Positions 39,301 through 51,188 of a stretch of DNA of 64,000 nucleotides are shown in pieces. How positions within the stretch are numbered: the first letter of the stretch is position 1; each line of letters starts with the position of its first letter. The notes beneath the pieces were generated by a model. The model was given only the letters and a program-made list of their open reading frames with translations. It was not told the DNA's origin and ran no database searches. The stretch is taken from positions 66,960,001-67,024,000 of the forward strand of contig CM060731.1 of NCBI GenBank assembly GCA_030704615.1. Direction: 5' to 3'. Both the position numbers and the translations under genes were made by a program. Source of the DNA: Takakia lepidozioides. Lineage: Eukaryota > Plantae > Bryophyta.

Positions 39301-39920
39301 CTTTGATTGTGAACCCCAGACTGAAGAAAGTGTCTGCAATTCAAATTATCACACCTAAGGTATCCATTGCAAACTGTTCTCCTGAAAACAAGCTTGTCAT
39401 CATTTTGAATATTTGATGTTTTTGTTGCACCACGGGTGCCCGTCGTGTTTCTTGTCCATTCCATGCATCATGATTGTGACACCTCGAATAGGATATCGCC
39501 ATCAAAAGTCTCTGGCAGGAACTTCACAGGCACCTGCTTCAAAGATTCCCAATGAATTCCTCGCAACTCACTTTTGAAACTTGTCATTCCTCCCATTGCC
39601 CGTAGTTTTGGAATGACACTACAAATGCAATCTTCATCCGCTTCCCCAACTACAGTATGAAGGCCTGGATTTGGAATTTCACTTATGTCATCATCGGACG
39701 AATCCGAAAGTTCAACGATTGGAGTGGAGGACGTCTGCTCTTTTTTCACCACCACCTCCTTCTTGTCTTCAACGACTGAAGCAGCAATCCCGGGCGTCAC
39801 ATATGATCCAAGGGACTTCCGCCGAGGCTCTCCAAGTACTCTGTATCGACCAAGGCGCACTCTCCACTGGCTGACATGAGCCGTCTCATCACGGTTTTGA
39901 AAAGAATATTTCAACAACAC
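36368..39920 (-). pseudogene. MULE DDE transposase with N-terminal GCM-like zinc domain and C-terminal SWIM finger; frameshifts and stops
   Basis: GCM-like W…FRRTVCNGYLRCDNLNC…CKFC…C.AR…HFGFHNHP (39051-39464). Catalytic FLMFDHVK, FMADSAQ…CLFHW and CNL-ETVHNAW. SWIM NCTCPDF…PCKHLYFIF (36368-36781). Confidence 0.88.
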
Positions 39921-40552
39921 TGTTGAAGAATGAGCAGAGAATATCGCGGAGATAGCTCACACGACGATTGTGCACATTCTGTTATTCCTTCCAGACATGC
40001 AACCGTCCATTTTAATTATTTTTTTTCTGGGCCTTGTAGACAGAATATCCCTAGGAGCAATTTTGGTAGCTGTTAAACCTGTATTCAGAACCTCATCAAT
40101 AAACATAATAACCAGCCAACTTTTCGGAAGTGTGCCAAAGGATGTGAGGGTGGGATAGATGAAGTAAATGCATCTTTATACTAGTACCAATGATCATGCG
40201 CACCTGGAAAGTCCAAACTGTGAAACGTACATGGGGTTGGATTATAAGGATGAATGTGTATGATATCCAAAAATATGTCATCAAACACTCGTTCATTTAC
40301 ATTCATTTGTCTGAGATTGTGCGCCAGATGGCCCCATATATTTTATTCCACGGTGGCAAGGTTATGATGGCATAGGCATTTTGGTTTAGGCTGAGCAGTC
40401 AGACCATTGGTTTTAGGCTGAGCAGTCGTTGTTTATATGCAATGTGGTATTCATTTATATTATCTGTCGCTGTTATTTTCAAATTATTGAAACCGTTCAT
40501 CAGAATGGAGTCTCTCTGACTTATCTTTATTCAATTTATGCCCTAAACTAGA

Positions 40553-40855
40553 CTGAGTGTCGGTGCCGCCAATCACTTAGACATATATTTCATTGCACCA
40601 AACCGATCCAGCAGGTTTTTCAAATGCAATGTTTTTTTATTGTCGTTAACGCCGTTCGCTAATGCTCAGAACCTCAGTGTACATGTTTGCCCAGAAACAT
40701 AGCGATTGTCGGTACCGACCATCACTATGTAGCCATATTGTTTTGGTTTGCATTCGTCTGGATCAGCTTTGGTTTTGTAGATTGTTGTGAATGTCGGTGC
40801 CGCCATTCACTGTGATTTGAGAGGAGACAGAGTGATGGTCGGTACGGACGTTCAC
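40553..40855. promoter_or_regulatory. Four 24-bp palindromes (GTGAATGTCGGTRCCGACATTCAC consensus) between the divergent genes; fifth copy at 42704-42727
   Basis: Copies at 40553-40576, 40702-40725, 40787-40810, 40832-40855 and 42704-42727. The repeat is directly visible; the regulatory role is inferred. Confidence 0.7.
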
Positions 40856-40879
40856 TATTTGCACATTACTCACTGACAG

Positions 40880-43800
40880 ATTGGAATGGCATCGTGCAGA
40901 AAACTGTGAAGTCCAAGCAGACAAGAACAGAGGCAAATGGTTCTGGAGATGGGGACGATTCTGACAAGAGCTCTGAGAATATCGATGAAGCAGATGAACC
41001 TGAAGTGCACTACCTTGACAAGGTGAATGAACTCATGTCATTCCAGAAGGTAAACTCTCAGGAGGTTATTAGGGACATGCTCGTCTCTGGAGGGCGTCTG
41101 GACATCCCACTATGCCGGATGATATCTATGCCTATTGTGCGTCCCCCTCTTTCCCATGACATAACAAAATTGGAAACTGATTTCGTGCATGGATACAGAC
41201 TTGGTGCACAAGTTTTTTATGTGTCACTGACGGATACAAATGGGAAAAGCACATTAGTGTCTCCTGAGATCAGAGATACCTGGGATGAGTGCTGGAAGGA
41301 TGTTAATGAGGAGTTCGAGCTGGGCCTCATGATGGGAAGAAACACCCAGCAATTCTGCAACCACATGTTCTACGTCTGGGACGACAACCACCGATTGCTG
41401 GCATGGATGGGATACATTCAGAAACCTCATGCGAAAGAGAAAGACAAGCATGTTGCTGTAGAGGCAATGGTTTTGGATCCTGGAAACGACATCGTTAGGC
41501 TTCTTACAGCTATGCACGACGTGAACAAGTAAGTCATCCTAGAGACTTCATTGCCTCTCCAATGTCTTGTTAATCCCACTGAAAAATGATGTTTACCAAT
41601 GCATTGTTTCCAATCTTATTGCAGAAATCGCATGTGACAACAAACTTGGTCCACACACTGTTCCGAATTCAGAGGATTGGTCTGATGAAGTTGAATGATT
41701 TTTGCACATTACTCCACCCCGATATAATCAAGAAGTGCGAAACATGAAGAGTTGCAGGCACTTGGTATTCTTTGACTCGAGAGGCGTTTCTGGAGTACAT
41801 GTATGCGGTAAGGCCGAGCCTATACTCACTTGTCTTTCTGAATACATGTTTGTATTTTGTTTTGTACTTATCCCTATTTTGATCAATGCAGCAAGAGCTG
41901 GCAGAGGTAGTTGAGAAGGGGAAATCCGAATACTACCGCACTACAACAGAGGAACTTAGGACATCAAAGCGTGTGGAAGCAGCAATAAAGAAGGAGCATG
42001 AAATCCGCAAAACCAAATTGATGTCCGCCTACGGAAAACAGCTTAGAATAGTAGATCCTGGCCTTGGTGCTGCGTTCCTTCTCCAGATCAAATCTCACTA
42101 TGACAAGCATGTGCACCCGGAGATGCAGCAGGAGAAATTGCACCGGCTGGCCATCTCCATGGTCGACCCCCAAACCAAGATAAGGTGGCTGGAGATTTGG
42201 AACTCAGATCAGACAGTGAAGGACTTGAATCAGTTCCCAAAAAACACTATACAGCCTGGCACAAAGGTGGAAGGAATCAGTGACATTGTGTTTGACAACT
42301 GGCTTCACAAAGCTACATTTTGGAGTCAGGTATGTATTCAAAGAAATTCCATTTTTGTTGACTTCATGAATGTGATGAGTACCTTATTTGCAAAACTGAC
42401 AAATGTACCATTTGCAGCTGGAGAAGCGCGCCACCATTGTGCTCGAGCAGACTTTGAAGGACTTGAACATTTCAATTGTTTCCCCGCCTCAAATGACATT
42501 GGAGGCATACATAAGAAAGTGGAGAGGTCTCACCTGGAGATACTGTTTTTTCCGAGAGTCCTCCAAGGACGGTAACATTTTTCGGTCCAACGACTTTGAC
42601 ATTCAGGTTGGGGGAGAGTGGGCCATGATGCGAGTTGTCTACATGTGCAATGTCCTACTGAGAAATTTTTAGACTTTGTTAGCAGTGTAATCATAGATCC
42701 AAAGTGAATGTCGGTGCCGACATTCACTTCTATGTCTGTGTCCTTCCAAACCTAGAGATTGCATTCACCTGGATTAGCAACTTAGTGCGGACCCTGCAAA
42801 CGATCCAACCATGTACACTGCAGGGATATTGAAGGACTAGAGTCCTTCTCACTTCAGAGACTGTTGTTGGTACCTAGACTGCCCACCTGAGCACACGACC
42901 TTTCAAGAGCAGCACATGAAATATTTGAACAATAATGCTGAGATGCTGGCGCCTCTGAATGACGAGGAGTACCAAAGAAACATAGCAACATTGGTTGCCA
43001 AGGAGCCTGATGCTCAGGAAACGACGCAGAAGGGCAAGAAGGCGGGGCGCAAACCAAAAGACAAGGCTTGTCATAGCCAGGTCACCAGCGAAGCCAAAGG
43101 ACAAAGACAAGTCCAAGGACAAGGAGAAGGAAAAGGACAAGGGGAAGGAGAAAGAAACAGAAAGGGAGATGGAAAAAGAGAGTGAGAAGGACATCACTAC
43201 TGGAAGGTATACCCGCACAATTCAGTGCATGTTCGATGCCAAGCGACACCCTTCCCGTGCAGATTCGGCAGACAAGATTAAGATTGTCAATGAGGGATGG
43301 CTGGCGATGATGCAGAGTCGAAAGAGAGGATACACTGGGGTGCCTTCGCCTACCTGGGACAACATGATCTCATTCCTTAATCTGGTGACAATTTGATTTT
43401 CTTTATTTGCATCTGTAAGTGTCATTTGCAGCCTTAAAGTTTGGTTCTTTGAAAACATTATTTGAAAACGTTCTAAAATTTGACATGTCTGTTGCAGGTG
43501 AGCACTGGTCCCACCTTCGTGTGCGGTGTGCAGAAAATATTTGCGGCTGACATTGTCATTCTCGACATCTCGGACGGCCAGGCTGTGCCAGAAGTTCTTC
43601 CGAAGGGCAAGACGCCAAGCTGGAACAAATTCGATGACAACTACTGGAGTTGGGTGTTCGGGTTCTGCAATAATTTCCTCTCTGATGCAGGGACACTTCT
43701 GCTTTTTCAATCATGTGACAAAGATAGTCGTCGGGCCTTGGCATCATACATGAAGTCCTCTGGGTTTGAAGTTTTGCGCACATGGAATTGTGTGAACAGC

Positions 43801-44951
43801 CTATACCTTGTGAAAGGGGGTTGTCCTAGTCAGCTGGTATGCCGTCTCCCTTCTGCTTGTGCTTTCACGCTGCGTTTCAATGTTCTCTACAGCTCCACTA
43901 TAGAAGAATGTGTAATGATCGACACCAATCATGACAGATTCGTGACAAAAAAGATTGTTGTATGCATTTGTTTTGAATTTCCAGTGTGCAAACTTCCACT
44001 ATAGTTTGTGTTTACCACCCTAACCTGCAGTCTTTGGCAGACGAGGATGTTCGAGGCGATCTGCCTGCGGAGTATTCGCACCTCAAAGACACTATCCTCC
44101 GTCCGCATCTTTGAGCTTTCTGACCAGGGTTGTTTCGTCAACCCCCTGTATGAGACGCATGTCGATGACATTTTGTACAACTTCATGCAGTCCAGTCAGA
44201 CTCTCAAGAAACCAGATGGCACTCCCTGGAGAGGTGCAAAGGAAAAAACCCCAGCGTTCATGTAGATACTGCTAGAGTCATGCAGCCACCATTCTGCACG
44301 GGTGGTCGATCTTTCTGTGTCCACAAGTTCGTTCTCTCCCTTCCGAATTGATTTTCTTTCACCAGTTTCATCTTCTTAAATCCCCCCCCCCCCCACCAAC
44401 CTGTTCATGTCCTCCTGTCTGGTGCATGAACAACTTATCATGCATGCAAGGTATGCGGAAAAAGCCTTTTTGGCATTGAGGGTGATTCTGACCTTTACAA
44501 GATAGTGCTCCTCCCCCTTTTGTCTGGCTCCACTTCAGGCACACAGACTGAGAGGATTCAAATCCGAAATGATGACGATCCTGAGGATAAGCAGGTCGAC
44601 AACGACTTTTCATGTGAGTAAGTCCTAAACCCACTTTGGGAGCCATCTCAATTTCTCAGACATCAAATTTATAGTATTAACTTTTTTCGGGCTGTGACTT
44701 GTAGGAAAGGCAGCAATGGATCTTCAGGAGATACCCCCATTTGTGACGAGTCTGTTTTCGACAGCCCCCTTTCCAATTTTCTGCTTCATGTGTATGCCGA
44801 AGCAATGGCACTTCATGCGGCCGAGTCTCTATCCCCTGACTTTTTATTGCCCGGCCGTAGGTGTAGCCAGCGTAGATCCGGAGTTCTTCAATACTTAGAC
44901 TTAGATGCAGAGGACGCGGGGATACATTGTACTGACTCTGAGTCAGACTGA
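40880..44951 (+). pseudogene. Spliced ParB/Srx-like domain + beta-class N4C/N6A DNA methyltransferase-like gene, decayed
   Basis: ParB-like LDIPLCRM…VRP…L…F..GY…FYV…FYVWDDNHRLLAW (40894-41529). Motif IV-like ADIVILDISDG (43544), FLSDAGTLLLF, motif X/I-like EKTPAFM*ILLESCSHHSARVVDLSVST (44240-44325), and motif I/II TTYHACKVCGKSLFGIEGDSDLY (44430-44500). A Lys/Glu-rich linker lies between the domains, and the gene has GT-AG introns. Confidence 0.72.
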
Positions 44952-45074
44952 ACTTTGTTCTTTTAATGTTTTGTTTCATCCTCTTCGGAAAACATTGAAT
45001 CCCCTTACTCCACTGTAGTTGTTCCGGCAGAAAAATAAAATAAAAATCAAAGAATCCACTTTCATTAAAATGGC

Positions 45075-45285
45075 AATATGTATGAATCCATCCCACAAAC
45101 CCCACTCACTCTTGTCATATCCATGCATCCTCCAGTCATGAATGTTTTCCATTATTCAACATCCATTATACATTCATCCATTTTACTATTACCCATCCCA
45201 CATTCATCCATCTACTTTCATTTTTCGCACTCATCCATCTGTTTATCATCCACTCTACATTCATCCATCCTTCATTCATCTGTTG
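45075..45285 (+). repeat. Low-complexity CATCC/CATTCATCC repeats near the right end of the MULE
   Basis: Repeated cattcatcca / tcatcc units. Confidence 0.7.
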
Positions 45286-45683
45286 CTTTCAGGTGGGATT
45301 GACCACGTCATTTTATTATGTCGTCCAGGTTGTTTCCGCGGTGAAGGGTGCTCTTCCGCGGGAATACACTCCACTTCTTCCTTGGCACATGGTGACGGGG
45401 CCTTCAAGCGCGATGACGTGGAGTGAGCCCCGTGATGTGGGTGGCGTTGGCGCAAGGTGACGTGGCGTGAGCGCAGTTGCGCTCACGCGACCAGGCTCAC
45501 GCCGAGGCATCCCTGATTTCCGTCCTTTGTATTCTATTGCCATGGAAACATGGATACCCTATTGTTGTATTTTGTGCTCACAACTCCATTTTCCTATGCT
45601 CACGTGAGCTGTGCGCATAGGTGTGCTCACGTTTCACCAACCCCCTAGTCTTTTAAGGTGTAGTGACAGAAAAAGAAGAATAA

Positions 45684-45740
45684 GATTCTGGCCAAAGCCG
45701 GCATAACTGAAGGCCACTATGTCTTGCGGCTACTGCCCCA
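45684..45740 (-). mobile_element. Short copy of the LINE 3' tail
   Basis: Reverse complement ggggcagtagccgcaagacatagtggccttcagttatgccggctttggccagaatc aligns with the LINE end at 13951-14010. Confidence 0.7.
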
Positions 45741-47089
45741 TAAATTGAGTGTGATTTGACAAGAGTTTTTTTTTCCCTTCATTCCTTCTTATATGGTCCA
45801 ATATCTCTTTATATTCTAGATCTATTATTTAAAATAGAAACAAGAGATTGAAACCCAATATTAAGAGTTTTGATATTTCATTAACTAGTACAATCATCAA
45901 AATTATTATACATATCTGGGGTCTCGTAATATATTAGTAATTTGAAACAAGTTGTTCACCATCAAACCAAATTTGAGGGTTTCTCAAACTGGGTAAACCA
46001 TTTTTTATTTGGTGGTTTTCTCATAATTGATGTTCACTATAACATTTACATTGAATGTGTGAAGAAACAAAAAAGGAAAAAGGGATAGTCAATAGGAACG
46101 TACATTCGCAATAAAAATAAATTCAAAATTTAGTTCCCCCCCCCCCCTTTTGAGGCAGTTTAAATCATGACGACGATAGTACTAATATGGCAATGATGTC
46201 GATTTTCGAAAGTGAGTTTTTCTTTTTTTGCGCCACTTAAAAAATGACGACAGTGACATGGCATGATGATGATGACATAGCAACCGTGACGTGTCACAAT
46301 GATACCCTATTCCTGTTCTACACTAAAACTAATCTCCAACCATTAGTCGTCAATAACCTTAGAGCCTTTTGGAAGTGATTCCAATCTTCATGATGTTTTG
46401 GTAAATGAGATTATTCTCAATTAATTGGATAATTGAGAGCAAGCTACATTATGTCGTTTGAAGAGACTACTTGTAACAAAATAAATTCAAATGCAAATAT
46501 CTAGATTTGGTGCACAAAAAAAAATAGAGAGTCGACTCAAATAGATTTAGGTGCGCTTAATTAGTATCACCATCCTCATTCTCTAGACACTATGCGTTAT
46601 ATAAACTCAGTTTGTTGTTGAAATTTTATATCCAAAATAACTTTAAAGTGGTACCCACATAATTGAAATAATGACGTAATATGATGTGTAATATTCATAC
46701 GGTGATAACTTTTTATCTTCACAAACCACAAAGTTTGATGTGGGATATTTGAAATCAAATAATCTTTGAAACATTGCCTATTCCACTCTAACGCTCGAGC
46801 CCATGGTCCTCCAATTGTATGAAATACGGTGGAACCCTTCAAACCACCATTGTCTGATTTCCGTTTTCTTCTTTAGAGAGAAAGTAAGTCACATTTTTTA
46901 AGCAAAAGTAAGTTCTGCAAGTGTCAATAATGATGATAGTTTGTAAAAGTCCTCCTAACGAATTATGTGAGAGTGAAGAAACTACAATGTTCAGCTCGTA
47001 CCATATTACGTAGGGGTTATACTGCAAAGAGTCTTTGCTTCATCTGACATTCTAGAGATGTAGCATATAAAGCAGGGGGAAACTAAGAC

Positions 47090-47180
47090 CTGCTCAGCAA
47101 GCTCTCCGGTGGGACATAAGACGACAGAACGAGGTCTCCTAGGCCTTGTTGACGCTTCTGCTTCCCTTCTCAAGGCCTGC
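47090..47180 (-). pseudogene. Isolated DEAD-box RNA helicase exon (motif Ia, RH39-like)
   Basis: cag|ALRREAEASTRPRRPRSVVLCPTGELAEQ|gt resembles PRRPRAVVLCPTRELSEQ. No other helicase exons were found nearby. Confidence 0.6.
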
Positions 47181-49702
47181 ATCACAACCTTCGCTGTTTC
47201 AGACACAATGGCCCCATGCAACAATGACCCTAGCCAAGCGTCCGGACTGACTACATTTTTCCACTCCAAGAGTCAACTCTGAAGTAAAAAAAACCATGCA
47301 TTGCCGGGTTATTAGGCCTGCATTGGAGTACATATCTGCAGTATGGGTTGATAATTCCAACAAGGCTAAGTCTCAAGAATCCATCCAAATGGGTTCTATT
47401 GCAGAAGCCCCATAACTAATGACTAAACTTCCAAATGTCTTGTTCTTGAAGCCTTCCAAATGGCAACAATATGACAAGTGAGATGGTAATGTGTTTGCTC
47501 TCACTACTTTCAAGTTGCTTTTAGGGATTTTTTCTGATGTCACTATTCAAGCTAAGAAAAACTTGGCTGCTTTTGTAGATAGACATCAGAAAGGGAGAAG
47601 GGATAGAGGCACTACATTCCATTCAAAAGAGAGCAAAGGGGGCAAAAAAAATTACTATTAACAACCTTCTGAGTGTGCGACAGGCGCAGAGTCCAGACAC
47701 AAGGTGTGGGAGATTGGGATTGGAATCAGACAGGTCGTGAAGAGTGCAGAATATGATGCCTCCCTCAACTCCCCCAGTCGACTGGTTTACGAGATTCTGC
47801 GTGGGCAAGATGTCTACTGCCGATTTCTTATATGGCCTTCAAGGTCATGGAGTACGATGCCAAAGTGCGGCAGTCGTCCAAGACCGTGAGAGATATGTGG
47901 GCGCATAATTTTGGCCTCAAGGGTGTGATGAGCTACTCGCGTGAGTGAGTGCATGAGTGAGGTATTTCCTGACTACTGATGAAATTTGTGATGAGCAAGC
48001 ACTCGGTACAAAGTATAGAGATGCATGCTGACACAAGCCCATGTTGATAATTGCAGATTCACATTGCGGGTGCTTCAAGCTGTACTACAAAGAAGCAAAG
48101 AAGACACAACAAATTTTTCCTGGGATTCAATGGGGAGGATGGAAGTGAACTTGGCAAGCTGCCTAAATTGGCTATGAAGGATTTTGTATCAAAGTTGATT
48201 TTCCCTATGTGCGTACAATACTCAGTCTGATTATCACAGCAAGGATGAATAGTATGTAACATCTCAAATTGTGGTGAAAATTTTGTATGCAAAAGCCATA
48301 GGACGCATTAGTAAACAATGATACGCTCAAACCAACATAGAGGGCAATTTGCAATGGTAGTGTTGTCATTGTTTCATGACCAGAAATACAATAGAGATTA
48401 ACCCTTATGGGCCCAAGACCAATTTAACAAATTAGAGTTGACACCTGTCCCTCCCACTATGCCTTCCAACAAAGATCAAGGACAACTTATTGTACAAAAT
48501 GGGGACCAACACATTCAACTCTTTGAATAAGCATAGTCTTGTTTCTTTGTTAGTGGTAAAATTTTTAGAAATTTTGATCATAATTTGTTACTACAAAATA
48601 CTTAACAGGTCTTGATTGTTGGAAAGTTGCCTAGATTCAAGGCCCTAAATGTTACAAACACGTAAAAAACTAATGACAGGATTTTCTAAGGACTTCTCAT
48701 GTCATTTTCATTTACGTCTAACCTGAATTCGTTTATCGTTTCCTTCTCTTCCCGAACCGAATGAGATATAAAGCATAGATTTACACGACGTCCGCCTAGT
48801 TTATGGTTTTATGGTCGCGTGGGACGGCCAAAACTATTTTTTATCTGTCCATTTAGCTCATATGAATTCCTCGCTATTCGTGACCCGCGTCTTGAGTCCC
48901 TACGCCAAACTTCCCCCTGGGAATCCTTCATTTTATTATCACGAGGAACGTGAACTTTTGCCCCAAAGGTTTCGTCTTTTTGGAAGAATCATGTTCCGAT
49001 TAGCTTATGACCCGGCTGGCCTGCCAGTTTCACTAGAATATAGCGACGCCAAAAATAAAAACTACGAAATTATCAGCATATCTTATGTAGCTGAATCCTG
49101 GAAATTAGGATCCATACAGGAGGAACTATGTTACATAAGAGTGGGATTATTTTTGGGAGTAATTGAATGCAAATAGATGACATGTCTACTCTTTGGATCG
49201 AAGTAACATGCTTTCAGGGTTTTCATAACAAATTCTAGTGTTCGTTGACATTTTACCACGGCCTCAGACTTCTTCAATACGCTGAGATTTAGCTGATTCT
49301 ACACTAGATCTGAATACTACGCAAAGAGCCATCTATGGCTAGAACGTATCCCAACTATACCCACTTGCTCTGTAGAACCAAACAAATAAAACCAACATCT
49401 TCGTAACTCAAACTGTGAGTGCTCAGACCTTCGTCCTTGCTTTGCTTGGATTCAAACTATCCATCCTCCAGTCACCTCCACTTCTTCATGTCATTATTAG
49501 CAGTTTGAATGTCCTATAGAAAAAATACGGTCATTAATTATCATACATGATGAATCTGCTTTGTGCAAATTCACGAGGCAGAGAATGATTTATGGGCTTC
49601 AGAATGCGGTGGAAAACTAGTTCTGTATATAACTATCCGTATTTCGCCATGCATTTACTATTTCTAAGTATTAGAACAGGTACAAGAGCACCTATGTTCC
49701 TT

Positions 49703-49788
49703 TATAGGGCCCACCCTCGAGGTAGTGCTGCAAGGTGAAATGGCTCTTAGTTACGTCGGCGTCCTCTCTATCTTCTATCTCTCTATCC
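49703..49788 (+). mobile_element. Short copy of the LINE 3' tail with (TCTCTA)-type tail
   Basis: tatagggcccaccctcgaggtagtgctgcaaggtgaaatggctcttagttacgtcggc is close to the reverse complement of 13965-14029. Confidence 0.75.
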
Positions 49789-50523
49789 ACTCGACTAAGG
49801 TAGCAAGCTTATACATTTATTTACGACGTCTCTTCACGAAGCATTTTTGGACTAAGGCATGGGGAGGGCGGTGCGATTTGCCTCGCTTAGTTGCCCGATA
49901 AACCGCCTTTTGCCCGGTGCTTATGACGCGGGAGTTGCCTCCACGTGCCACCTGTGTCAGGAAACAAGCGGGACATAGGAGATGCCGACGTAGCGTCAGC
50001 GGCTTCGTGAAATTTGTCTCAAATTTTCTTCTCCCTCTCCCTCACCCGCATTTTTCTAGTGTTACCAGCAATTAAGCATGGGTGCTATTTTTTGGTAGGT
50101 GGTGATGGTGTTAGCTGTGTGGATAATGAGTAATCGTCGTTAGGTACTTGCAACGAGGGGCAAATTCTAGGCATTTGTGTTGTGGAGGCATAGACAGCTG
50201 AAAGAGCTTGGATACAGATCTATTTTGAAGGACCATATTTCAAGCACGAGAGAACCATCGAGTCACTGTGGATGGGTAGTTTACAAGAAACCTCCAAGAG
50301 TATATCATCAACTGGAGGAAGGGGTCACACAGTTGTTGAATCAGGAACGTCTACTGTGATGAATCCATTTGACAGAGGACCAAGAGAGGGAGTCCACAAG
50401 AAATGTTCTGGCACCTCTACGGATGTCAGGAAACTATGTAATTGGTCAGATATAGGGTATAGACTTCAAACCAAGGAGGCATTTCAGCAGATTCAAATGG
50501 CTACAATATTTTAGTACAATAAA

Positions 50524-50690
50524 ATTTCAGTATTTCAGTATTTCAAAAAAGATTTTCAGCAAGTATTTCAGTATTTCAGCAAGTTTCTTAGCAAATATTT
50601 CAAGCAAGTATTTGAATATTTCAGCTAGTTCTTCAGCAAGTATTTCAGTATTCCAGTTAATATTTCAACAAGCATTTCAATATTTTAATA
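50524..50690 (+). repeat. Degenerate tandem repeat (AAGTATTTCAGC / ATTTCAGT units)
   Basis: Repeated atttcagt and gcaagtatttca. Confidence 0.75.
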
Positions 50691-51188
50691 ATTTGTAAGT
50701 CTGAATATCAGTGTTGTTCATACATCAATAAAGTTCTGTCAAGGCCGATCTATTTTATAAATAAAAATATTTTCCTCTTATACAGAACATGTTTAAAATA
50801 TACTTTGAAAATGTGATTATCTTATTTCAATGTAGCATTTCAAGGAAATTTTCTACTTAGAGTCTTAGGGTGGAGCCATTACGCGACTAGCTGCTTGTTT
50901 ATTTTTGTTAACTTATTAGGAACTTTATTGCCACTTTATTTCAATTTTAAATATTTTTATTTTTTCCTCTATTATTTTATAAAAACGTTTTATTTTTTCG
51001 GGGCCCCCTCGGGCCAATTTCAATAAAGGAAAAGAGAGAAAAAAGAAAAATTGTCTATGTACAGAAGGATGGATGAATAGAAGTGACTGGATTGTTGAGG
51101 TGAATGGATGTGAAGGAGTGGGAGTCACTTAAGTGTGAGCTAGGTCAGACATGCTTTATTATTCAGGTAATCTTAATTAAGCACGTAG

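Larger units (their letters stand above)
35701..45649. mobile_element. Mutator-like (MULE) element with two divergent genes; boundaries tentative
   Basis: Contains the MULE transposase (-) and the ParB-MTase-like gene (+). Both ends carry CTAGT and GC-rich shared motifs: TGACGTGGCGTGAGCG at ~35777 and ~45458, and GGYGTGAGCCTG inverted at ~35755 and ~45492. Confidence 0.6.

Noticed and set aside
40553-40855. CRISPR-like array
   Set aside because: Spacing is irregular (149, 85 and 45 bp), the repeats are degenerate, the context is eukaryotic and there are no cas genes.
48811-50514. Short ORFs (121 aa, 60 aa, 80 aa)
   Set aside because: No recognisable domains; likely non-coding or heavily decayed.
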